From Octopus sinensis (lineage: Eukaryota), in the NCBI RefSeq assembly GCF_006345805.1, contig NC_043011.1, positions 32,996,464 to 33,060,463 of the forward strand: DNA of 64,000 bases, read 5' to 3'. Below the pieces are notes generated by a model. The model was not told the DNA's origin. It made no database searches and saw nothing but the letters and a program-made list of their open reading frames with translations. The first letter of the stretch is position 1. Every line of letters begins with the position of its first letter. Of the stretch, positions 39,501 through 52,300 are shown piece by piece. The translations under genes were made by a program, and so were the position numbers.

Positions 39501-41053
39501 GTGCAGGTGTGGCTGTGTGGTAAGAAGCTTGCTTCCCAGCCACATGGTTCTGGGTTCAGTCCCACAGTGTAGCACCTTGTGAATGGACAGAAACTGAAAG
39601 AAGCTTGTCTGGCTTACTTTGCAGGCTCTGTAGGGTATACTGTTTTCAGTTCTTTCACTCTGAATTATTTCCTACTGAAAGTTTCATTCAGCTGCATTTA
39701 ACGCTAATCTGCTCGAGTGTTAACTTCATTTAGTTTGTGTGAATGGGATGTAAAAGCTCTGTTGCACTGTTGTTCCTCTTCCTGTCCTTCAAAGAAATAG
39801 GAATTTAGGCAGAGGATATATAGACGTAGATAATCAGCTGTTTATCTTGGAGTTTAGTTAACGCCAGCTTTAAAATAATAACTATTAAATTTAGAATTTA
39901 TACCTTTCACCTGCCTGTCGTCTTATATACTTCTGGAATCCATAGGTCACAATTTGTCTCTAGTTTCTGTGGCATTCAGGGGACATTGGATAAGTCTCCC
40001 GCTGAATCAATCATTAAACTTAACTTGACAGTGTGAACTGAACTAACCACTGCAAAGCAATCATCTCTCAGTTTTACTGGTCAGAGTGAGTCTTTATGTG
40101 GTCACTCTTGAAAATAGCAACCAGATCTCTTTCAAGTAACACCCATTTAACAAAACAAGGCTCATGGTTATAACAGCCTTTGTTGAATCAGGACTGGTTT
40201 TGAGCTAAACAACAACTATGCATTCAATATTTACTGTTAACTGAACCACTTTACAGTAGTAACTGTGAAATAAAACATTTTATAATCTTTTGGTTATCGA
40301 CACAATACAATGCTGGTGATTTTATGGGTTCAATCATTTTCGTTCTCTCTTTCTCCACCTCTGTCTCTCACTCCCCTATTTTGAGATTTTGGTATTGTCT
40401 TGAGTATTTTCATAGCAAAAATATCAGAAATATTATATAACTTTTGTTTGTTTGTTTGTTTTTACAGCATGACAAAAGTGTGGAATGTGCTCCATATGGC
40501 TCAGAAGAAAAAGATGCAAATGATGGCAATTATATTATGTATGCTAGTGCCACCTCTGGTGATAAGAAGCACAACAGTATGTTTTCACCTTGCAGCAAAG
40601 ACAATATTACACGAGTACTTGATGCTGTTATCAATTCAAAGAATGGGAAAAAAAATTGTTTTGTCCGTGAGTAAAACTGAGAATTTTTTTTTTGTTATTT
40701 TCAAATTGGATGAGATCCTTTACTATACTCAGAATGAGTTTATTTTGTCAACCCTTAACATATGAGATCTGAAAAAATGCAATGATATATGGAGGTTGTC
40801 TAAAATCACTAAGCAGTTTTGGAAGAAGGCTTCAATCTTATTGCATGATACCTTGGGCAAGTGTCTTCTACTATAGTTCGAGACCAACCAAAAACCTTGT
40901 GAGTAGATTTGTGTGATAGAAACTGAAAGAAGCTAGTTGTATTTCTGTGTGTTTATGTATATTATGGTATTGATTAGACTATCAGATGTTATACTTCACT
41001 GGTCACAATGCCTTTTGCATTGTTTCAGCCTTTGCATAGTGCCACTCCACTGG

Positions 41054-41095
<42 letters not shown>

Positions 41096-44000
41096 CTGTT
41101 TTATTATAGAGAGGATCAACAAAAAAGTTCTCCAGCAGTGAGAAATATAATTTAATGTACACAATATTTAAATATGTGCTACTAATAGTTTCATGCTGTG
41201 GAAACAATAATTCAGCAGATTTATATAATGTGCTTTGTGTTTTCAAACAGTCCTTCAGGCTCAATACATATGATTTATTTTATTTGAAAAACACACACTG
41301 GTCTCTGAGAAAACACAGTTTTTACAGCTGGATGCCCTTTCAAACACCAACTACTTTACAGTGAGCTTTTACTAATTGTTTTCAGTACTTGTGTGGTCAT
41401 GTGCTGACATAGCCACACTGTTAGCCCTTCCACTCTTGACCCAGTGGAATATTCAGGATGTGATAGCTGGGGAGAAAGAGAGAAGACTGCATCAGTACTA
41501 GGCTGGTCTACTTTTCAGCTGAGTGACCTGAACCAATGTAAAATGAAGTGCCTTGCTCAAGGACACAACCTACTGCCTGATCCAGGCAAATAAGCCTACA
41601 GTTTCAGGACTGTGAGCTCCAAATCCTAACCATTAGACCACACACCTTCACACAACTCATACTCTACAGAAATACCACCCAATACTATAGAGTGAAAGTG
41701 CATGACTTAATGGTTAGGGTGTCGGACTCGTGATTGTAAGGCTGTGGTTTCACCTCCTGGATTGGACAATGCTTTGTGTCCTTGTGTAAAACACTTCATC
41801 TCATGCTGCTCCAGTCCACTCAGCTGGTAAAAATGAGTAAAACTGTAATGGACCGGTGTCCCATCCAGGAGGAATACATACACCTGGGAAACTGGTCCTA
41901 TACTCCTTACTGAGTAATGTGGACCAACCAATATGAATAAAACTCACACGGTACATGTTCTATACAATCACCCCCCACACAACACATACTCCTACATAGT
42001 TGATGAATGAACAGTCTAATACACACCATCACCAACTCACATACTACACAATTGCCACTCCAGTGATGTAAAACAATTCACATAGGCTGTACTTTATACC
42101 AGTGGAACAATATTAACCATGTCACTCTGACTCCCTGTGTTTAATGTATGTGACATCCTTATTAGCATTTTCTTTTTCTTTTTTTTGCCAGTTGATGTTA
42201 ATTTAACCCTTTAGTATTAAAACTGGCCATATCTGACTGAAATATTCTACCTCTTTTATGCTTGCACCTACCCTATAATGTCATTGTGAAAAATAAAACA
42301 ATCACTTGATCAAAATCTTGAAGTCACAAGACAGTGCATGATTAATTTAAAACAGCATCAGTGAATAAGCTTTGCATTTGAATAAAATGACTGCTAAAGG
42401 GTGAAATTGAAGACATTACAGCTTTCCTAATCATACTGTCTATGATACTTTGGTTGGAAACCATTGTTCTACACATTCACTTTCGGACTCTGTAAGACAT
42501 ATAACACAAGTGACACTTCACATATGAAATACAGTCATCATGCAACAATACATCACAACTCCTGTACACCTACTTTACACCGGAAAAAGAAAAAAAACAG
42601 ATGAAACACTAGAAACATCAAAACAAATCTTGCCACAAATGAAACATGTCTTGAACAAAACACAATCCTGCCCTCTCAAAAGACACTAATCACCACCTTA
42701 AGGTCATAGAGGGGCACTAAAAGCTCATGTGTAACTGTTGAAAACATGATGATACCCCTCATGTTATACTTGTTTCAGTCAGTGGACTAAGGCCATGCTG
42801 GAGCACTGCCTTGAGGGGTGTCATTTCAACAAATTGACCCCAGTACTTACTTTTGAAACCTGGTACTTATTCTTTCGGTCTCTTGCCGAACCACTTAGTC
42901 ATGGGGGTGTAAACAAACCAGCACTAGTTGTCAGATGGCATTGGTGGTGGACACTCACATACACATACACAGACACACACACACAATGATGAACTTCTCT
43001 CATTTCTGTCCACCAGATTCACTCACAAAGCTCTGATTGGCCCAAGGCTACAGAAGACACTTGCCCAAGGTACCATTCAGTGGGACTGAACCTGGAATCA
43101 TGTAGTTTGGAGGCAAACTTCTCACCACACAGCACCTATGCCCTCTTCCATTTCACAGACTATCTGTAGTACTTTATTGTTGATGATTGCTCTAATACAT
43201 ATATGTTGTACAATGGCACCCACTTGCATCATATTTATACTGCTAAAATTAATTGCAGTTCATCTTTAATTTTTTTGCAATCATTCATTCTTCATTGTAA
43301 AGCTGCTCTTTTTTCAGCTGGTGTCATTGCAAAGCTGGTCTCTGTCTGATGTTTCCTAATGGGAATCTTCAAATTGTTGCTGACGTTTTTCTTGGTGTCA
43401 GTAAAACCTTTAACATCTGTTGTGTTTTGCCAAATCTATTAATTTTATTTCACTTTTGTATCTGGTTTGCAAGATTCTTTATATGAATTGACTATTAATA
43501 AAAGAATGGAATTGAACCAGTGCATCTGTTAATAATATTGGCATAATGACTCTCCCTAGACACAACAAAATATTAATTTCATCCCAGGATTTAATATAGT
43601 ACTTACTTACTTGTACTTGTGGCGACATTCACCCTGGGCAGGTTGAGTCGGCTTCTTCTACTACCCTTGAGGCATCTCGAACCATGGCAGTGGAAGAAGT
43701 TTCGTGGGAATATGAATTTCACAAGCGGTCCCCAACAATCTCGCATGTAGAGACATCCTGTTTGCCGCAGATTGTCCGCAGAGACAGAACGACCAAGGAG
43801 CCACCGGTTGCCGAAACAGACACTCTGAGGATTTTCACCAGAGCCCCGTCTGCCGGGTTGTGGCCCTATTACCACTTGGTATCAGACCAATCCGCCTTGG
43901 GTGGCCCTACCAGGAACCGAAGTTCCCGACGGCATAACTCTGACACTACTCGTTGCCAGCGTCCCCACTCTACTCCTTATTCTCATAAAGTTGTCCCCCT

Positions 44001-46275
44001 TTTCTTCTTTATGGTTTGTAAACTTGTAGATGGCTTGGTGACCTCACTAGTGCTGGTGGCACACACACACAAAAAAGAAAAGCACTCAGTCTATGCTGTA
44101 AAGTGGTTAGCATTAGGAAAGGTATCCAGCCATAGAAACCATGCCAAAGCAGACATTGGAGTTCGATGCAGTCCTTAACTCCATTGGATCCTGCGAAGTT
44201 GTCTGACTTTTGCTGGTGTAGGATATAGATGTTTAATGATGATGATAAGTTACTTTCCACTGATTTTTTTGCAATATTTTTCATATTCTATAGACAGCAC
44301 AGCAGCGTTCTGTGGTAACAAGCTTGTTGAGGGAGATGAGCAATGTGACTGCGGTTATGAAGAAGACTGTATTAATAATAAATGTTGTCATTACCGTGGT
44401 AGCAAGGAAGGAAAGCAGTGTACTTTGAAAGCAGGTGCTAATTGCAGGTAATTCTTTAACTTGACTACAAACTATTTATGGTGTTGAAATGGTAGAACTG
44501 ATAAAATGCTATGGCCAAAAAAGCCTTGTGTTATTTAGCTTTGTCTTTCTACATTCTTAATTGTAACCCTTTTCCTTACCATATTTCTCATGAAATATTG
44601 TCTTTATTTCAACTAATTTTGAAAATATTGAATTTAGTGAAATAACTCTGTCGTTTATTGAGCTGTTGTTTAAAACATGAAGTAACTTAAAATTTTGATG
44701 AACAGTTTAAATTTAGATCTCTTTGATACAAAGTTAGCATCATTGAACCACGAGTGATCTTAATCGAGTTGATATCAAAAGGGTTAAATTCATTGGGAAT
44801 TTCTTATACCTTTCGCTTCTGGATCAATAAACTAAATACTAGTTGCACTCTGGGGATACATTGAATTGATTGTGGCCATCTTTACAAATTTATAGTTTTG
44901 TGCCAATGGAAGAAATTATTATTATCTACAGCAAAACTTTACGATTCTAAATACATTCATGCAAAAAATATTTTAATATTCTAAACTACTTAGTAAATCA
45001 TACTGCAAAGTATGTCATATGATTTTAAATGATTATCTAGTCTCCAACAGGCAGGTGAAAGACAACAACTCCTGAATATTGTGAGAAAAGCAAAAGCTCA
45101 TCTATTATGGCCATATTTGCAGAAGCAGAAGACTGGAAAACATTATCATGCAAGGAAGGGTAAAGGGTAGTATATCAAGAGGCAGACAGAGAACACTGGA
45201 TGGACAATATCAAGCTGGTTGGTCAAGAGTAGCAAGGCTGTTGGAGGACTTGCACTTAATTGGGAAGACTCTCATTGGAGTGCCACCATTGTGCTGCAGG
45301 CATACAATACATGGCGAGTCTCATCTCAATAAAAATGTCTATATATTCAGGAAGTTCCTATGATGCCTTGCTATCAAATAGTTATATTTCGTTATTTTAA
45401 TGTATCCACATCAATAATGGAAATTTTAAATAATTGTGTTTCTATTGAGTATTTTCCAGCTGCAAATAATTATTTTCTCTCTATTTCAGTGAAACATCAG
45501 GTCCTTGTTGTGATGGGTTCAAGTGTGGGTTCATAACTGATAAATTGTGTCATAAAGAAGAAGAACAAGGATGCACTTACAATTCTTCTTGTGAATATCC
45601 TTTATTGTGTGTGATTATAGTTTAGTTTTTGGTCAGTATTATATTCTATGATGATGATGGTAACTTCCTGGAGAACTGAGCCTGAAATCTAACTTGATTA
45701 TTGATTAATAACCATTTTGTTCTATTTTCATCGCATTGCAAATGCTTTTGTCATAAAGAAAAACACTCACATCCTCTTAATTCAACTTTGAAAAAATAAT
45801 TGGTGCTTCATACTAGTATATATTAAGCAGTTTTCTAAAACTTTTATTAGTCATGTTATGAAGGGAGTTAATTTCAATCTCAACCAACCATGTTGTTACA
45901 TTGGACAAACATAACATCCGTATTAAGTTGGATATAAAGATTCCCTTTTGGTATTAATATTGTTTCTGTTGCTATTAATTATCTTTTTAATACACCCACT
46001 GACTGTTTGTACACATTCCAACCCCACCTTCCCTATACATCCCATCCCTTACACACCACCCTTGCTTCCCCCACACCCCATCACCACCACACCATGCAAT
46101 ACCACACCCCCATACCACATCACATCACATCACACCACCCCACCAGAATGCTGCACCATGCTCCAATCTGATCTGGCAAAATTTCTACAGCTGGATGCCC
46201 TTCCTAGCGCCAAGGATGTCCTTCCTAATGCCAAAGGATGCCCTTCCTAATGCCATGGATGCCATTCCTAACACC

Positions 46276-46327
<52 letters not shown>

Positions 46328-49300
46328 GTATTTGTGTTTGTTCCCTCACCACTGCTTGACAACCGATGTTGGTGTGTTTACATCCCTGTAGCTTAGCAGT
46401 TCAACAAAAGAGACCAACAGAATAAGTACTAGGCTTACAAAGAATAAGTCCTTGGGGCGATTTCTTTAACTAAAGGCATTGCTCCAGCATGGCTGTAGTC
46501 AAATGACTGAAACAAGTAAAAGAAAAGAAATAAAAGAAAGGTTGATAGACAGCATAAAAGCCATTTTGTGGCTCATTTTTCCTTACTGTGGTGATGACTG
46601 TGTCCAGTGCTACAGAAAAATTATTTTAATTCAAAGTATTTTGATTTCAAATCCTTGCCATAATTTTCTATACTTTGGTAAAACTAAAGCAGAATCCATG
46701 TACAACTGCATAAAATAGTTATAGCCTTTGATTATCTTTGTAAATTATATTTGTTGCTGTTTGAATTGTTTCTGTGATATTCTTGTAAAACCATTGTGAG
46801 TTTCATTTTTCTTTAACTGTGTCTCACTGGTAAACGTGCGACTTGTCCAACTCCATCTTTCAAGAAAAACGAAACACTGTGCAACCACAACAGCAAAATT
46901 TGTCTCGATGGTGTAAGTAATGACATTCTATCTTTCATTTTAACTTTATTGTAGAAATACACAGCTTTAACCTTAAGGATTTCAGATTATTCTGTCAAAT
47001 GTAATGCTTATTTATTCACATTATTTTGGATTTATCCTGCACTGTTGTAACCTTGATATTTCAATGATGTAATTGTGTATGTTCAAAATGACATTCTAGA
47101 GTAGGTGTGAGATATTGGATCTGGCCAGTGTGATCATAAATTCTTCTTCTTGTCTTGTGCCCTTTTCAAGCCTAGCCAGGCTCATGGGCCCGGTTTCCCG
47201 GTTTCTATTGCGTATGTGTGTCCCCCACCCCCCAGTTGGACGGGACACCTGTCCATCACAGCATTACTCAAAAAGCAGGAAGAAAGAGTGAGAGAAAGTT
47301 GGGGCGAAAGAGTACAACAAGGGTCACCACCACCCCCTGCTGGAGCCTCGTGGAGCTTTTGGTGCTTTTGCTCAATAAACCCACACAACGCCCGGTCTGG
47401 GAATTGAAACCGCGATCCTCCGACCGCGAGTCTGCTGCCCTAACCACTGGGCCATTGTGATCATAAAGTAAGTAGAATATTGTGGCCAGATATGGCTGGT
47501 TTAAGGGCTAAAGAGTTAATTAAATGTCTGATAAAACATTTCACACACTGAAACATTTCGTAAGTCAGAAATAACTGTATTGATGTCTCATCAGATGAAC
47601 CAATATTTGATATGGCAGGGCATCAAAATTCTCTGAGAAATGATCTTTCTCTATGGGAAGTAAATGAGAAGATAGTATCTTTTCCTCCTTTCTTCCTCCC
47701 TCTACCTCTCTCTGTTTGTGTGTGTGTGTTTAGAATAAAAAGCTTCCCCCTCCCATTCTTCACTGTCTCCCTTCCTCTACATCCCTCAGTTGTCTCTGTC
47801 TTTCTCTCCCCTTTTTTTGCATTATTTCTTCTCCTCCTTCCTCCCATTTTCTGTCTTTCACTTTTTACTGCACTTCTCTGTCCAATATTGCTATCATTTC
47901 TTCTTTCTCTTCCTTTCATTTGTGGCATTTCATATATTTTGTTTACTTGTCTAATTTTCTCATCTATAGCTTTATTTTATCTTTTATTGTAACCTTAACT
48001 TCTAAATGTGGAGGCGCAATGGCCCACTGGTTAGGGCAGCCGACTCGCGATTGCAGGATCGTGGTTTCGATTCCCAGACCGGGCATTGTGAGTGTTTATT
48101 GAGCGAAAACACTTAAAGCTCCATGAGGCTCTGGCAGGGGGTGGTGGTGAACCCTGCTGTACTCTTTCACCACAACTTTCTCTCTATCTTTCTTCCTGTT
48201 TCTGTTGTACCTGTATTTCAAAGGGCCAGCCTCGTCACACTCTGTGTCATGCTGAATATCCCCGAGAACTACGTTAAGGGTCATGTGTCTGTGGAGTGCT
48301 CAGCCACTTGCACGTTAACAAATGAGCTGCGACGTCACTGGTGCCAAACTGTATCGGCCTTTGCCTTTCCCTTGGATAACATCGGTGGCATGGAGAGGAG
48401 AGGCCAGTATGCATGGGCGACTGCTGGTCTTCCATAAACAACCTTGCCCAGACTTGTGCCTGGGAGGGTAACTTTCTAGGTGCAATCCCATGGTCATTCA
48501 TGACTGAAGGGGGTCACAACAACAACTTCTAAATATAAATACCCAATTTTGCAGTCCTATTATTCCTTTTAATTATTTGCAGTTTCTATTTTTTGGATAT
48601 TTTCTATTTTCTATTTTTTACTCAGTCTTTTCTAAATTTAATTATTGATTATTGTTTATTTCGTTATTAACATTGACTCCCTCTGGCAGTGGGAGAAGAG
48701 GACAAGAAGAGAAGAGTAAATAATAAGGGGAATGGAATGGAGAAAGAGACAAATTTAGTGTTGTGAACACTGTTGTGAGTAATGCTATGTGCCAAAAATA
48801 ACTGTAAGTTGAAGTCGAGTTGAAAGGGCAAGACAGGCAAAAAGTAGAAAAGTAAGACCAATTAAAGCTTAACTCTTCCGTTACCATATTTATTTTGAGA
48901 TGCTGTTTTTCTTTCAATTAATTTTAATTGAAAAAAAAAATTTAGTAAAATAACTTAGTTATCATTAAACTAGTGTTAGGAACATAAATTGTGACTAAAG
49001 TTTGGTAGAAGATTTTAATTCAAAACTTATGGAAATGAGACATTTGTACTACAGATCCATAGGTGGTTTCAGCTGGGTTGGTATCGAAAGGGTTTAGAGA
49101 ATCTTATATAAATTATGCCTTACACAATTTTATCTCAAAATATATATAAAACAAACAAATGAATTCATGGACACTAACACTCTACTTGCGAAGACCTGTT
49201 GAGGCAAGTGGAATCAAAATCAAAATCAAATTCGATGACTGGCGTCTGTGCTAGTAGGGTGCAAAGAGCACCATACGAGTGTAATCATTGACAGAGAGGC

Positions 49301-52300
49301 TAACCGGCTTCTGTGCCAGTGGCACTTAAAAGGCACGATTCGAGTGTGATCGTTACTAGCGTCGCCTTACTGGCACTCGAGCCCCGTGCTAGTAGGGTAT
49401 TAAGAGCACCATCCGGGCATGATTGTTGCCGGAGCGGATATCTGGCCTCTGTGCCAGTGGCACGTAAAAGACACCATTCGAGCATGATCGTTACCAGCAT
49501 CACCTCACTGGCATCTGTGCCGGTGGCATGTGTAAAAGATTCAAGCAAGGTCGTTGCCAGTACCGCCTGACTGGCCCCGTGCTGGTGGCATGTAAAAGCA
49601 CCCCCTACACTCTCGGAATGGTTGACGTTAGGAAGGGCATCCTGCTGTAGAAACTCTGCCAGATCAAGATTGAAGCCTGGTGCAGCCATTTGGTTCGCCA
49701 GCCCTCAGTCAAATCGTCCAACCCATGCTAGCATGGAAAGCGGACGTTAAACGATGATGATGATGATGATTTCTAGAATATTGAACCATGTTCCCTTACT
49801 CTATACCAACGTTTTTCAGAGGCCTTTATGCTGGTGCTAGTTCAGGGTTACTTATTGGCAAACACCTTAAATTTTGGTTAAACAGATTCACATTAATCTC
49901 TAAAGATGTTCAATTTTTGCTGTTTCTTTATTTTCATCCTTTTTTTCTTTCAGCATTGCATTGGATCTGTGTGTCGCAGAATTAAATGGGAGGAATGTTT
50001 TCTAACACCTCCTCAGAATGATGAAGACTTTGACCGTGAACTACTCTGTTACGTTTCTTGTAGTGCGTATTATCCTTCATATTATCCATATCAATATCAA
50101 ATGATCATAAAACGTTTTTATCAATTTATTGTTTTAGCTTGAAGTGTACGAATAAATTTATGTAGTTATCATCAGCAGCAGCAGCACTAGCTGCATTATA
50201 ATTTTACATTGTTTTTTTTTTTCTTTTGTTTTTCTTTTTCTGGGCTGGTATGGGTTGGATGAATCTGCTGCAATGCAGCTTCTCATTCATTACTTACTAC
50301 CATTCCTCTCCATGACTTCCAGCATCCAGACATCAGACCTTACACTGTCTTCCTTTTCTTTCATTGGTTTTCTCTTAAATTTTTATTTTTTTAATTTTTA
50401 GAGGATCTTTACTTATTTTGTGTCTGAACCTGCCTAGATATATGATGAATCTTGGCATTGTACATAGTGAAGGCGCATGGCTCAATGGTTAGAGCGTCGA
50501 GCTTACGATCGTGAGGTTGAGAGCTCGAATCCCGGACCGGGCTGCATGTTGTGTTCTTGAGCAAGACACTTTATTTCACGTTGCTCCAGTTCACTCAGCT
50601 GTAGAAATGAGTTGCGACGTCACAGGTGCCAAGCTGTATCGACCTTTGTCTTTCCCTTGGATAACACTGGTGGCGTGGAGAGGGGAGGCCGGTATGCATG
50701 GGTGACTGCTGGTCTTCCATAAAACAAACTTGCCCAGACTTGTGCCTCAGAGGGTAACTCTCTAGGTGCAAACCCATGGTCACTCATGACCGAAGGGGGT
50801 CTTTACCCTTTACATAGTGCCAATAACTATTCCATATCAGTTGGCAGATATAAGCACTAATCAGCGAACGGTTTGTTCACTAAAAGTATAAACTAAGGCC
50901 TGTTACTTAGCTAGACTATTGTTTGGGCTACTTCTGATTGATGAGACGTGTTGAAACACTGGTGTCCCAGGATCCTCTGCGACAATGAGTCACGTGTGTT
51001 GAACACACTATCGTCATAAAAAAAAGATTTTCTTTTTTGACATACATTACAGTAACTATCATATTTTGTGTTCAAATCTGCCTGGTCATATTATGAATAT
51101 GTATACGTAGAAAGCACATTTCAAGCATTGGGCTTCATGGGGGCAATGACAAATGACTGAGAACTTTGGCAATATGCCATGTTTGGGAAGAAGACCCATC
51201 AAGCCAAGTGAAATGGGTCAGATGGAATTTGCCAAGGCAGATCTTTTATTGTTTGCTACTCTTCCTGTCACCAAGCCTTACCTGTCTCCAAACTGTAATA
51301 TTTCCCCATAGCTAGACATGTTTTTTCATGGAAGACTGGAAAGAAACAGCTTCAATTGCATGGCAATGAAGCTCATTTACTACCATCATGTGATGTGTAA
51401 CCAAGGGTACACACACACACACACGGTTGCTTTCAGCTTCCATCTGCCAAATCCACTCACAAGGCTTTGGTCAACTTGGAGTGACAGTAGAAGACACTCA
51501 CCCAAGGTGCAGCGCAATGAGACTGAACTCAAAATTACATGGTTATAGAGCAAGATTCTTAACCACACAGCCATGCCATAAATGAGTCTGATGGCTTCAA
51601 TACTTTTGTTGTGATAAACATTTAGCTGCATGTCTATGTATATCATGTATACCAGTAATTTTGTGGGTATATTGGTGACAGTCGTTTTTGAGTGGTTCAT
51701 CTTCTAGTAATGTATTTAAAATATGTAAACAGTTATATCATTCATTTATGATATGGTACTTTTACTGCAATTTTATTGCAGTAATCCTCAGTAATGGATG
51801 AGATATATTTTTTTTTGCAACTGGTGCTTCAAACAGTACCAAAGGGATGTGATAAACCATAGTCCTGTACAAGACATTTGAATAACACCAGTGTATAGTC
51901 TTATTTCTCTCAATTTCAGTAAGGATTGTGTATTGTTGATAATGATTGGTGATACGTATGAAAAGAGCCAGCTTGATAAAAATGACTGCGATAATTGAAA
52001 TACTAAAATGAATGAAATCAGTGCTAATATAATCTTAGAGACAGATAGGTTGATATAAAAAAATGGGACTTCTGTCTTAAAACAAATCTCATCGTTTTCA
52101 CTATCACTCCATATTCACACTTTCATCATGATGTGATGTCATATATGTTTTGTCTAAGTGTATTAAAGCAACAGGTAACTTGTGTTTCAGCCAAGACAGG
52201 AAAAGAATGCATTAGCTCCAAAGATAGAGATAAGGTTAAACTACCTGAAAATATACAATTTCACAATCTACTTAAAGAAATTAACCAAAATATTGACTAT

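Noticed and set aside
38930-40468. Zinc motif split by an intron as unusual
   Set aside because: As I recall, the same intron position (GSP|HD) exists in vertebrate ADAM10.
49290-49600. CRISPR-like repeat/spacer array
   Set aside because: Eukaryotic context, degenerate sub-repeats of an abundant retroposon, no cas genes.
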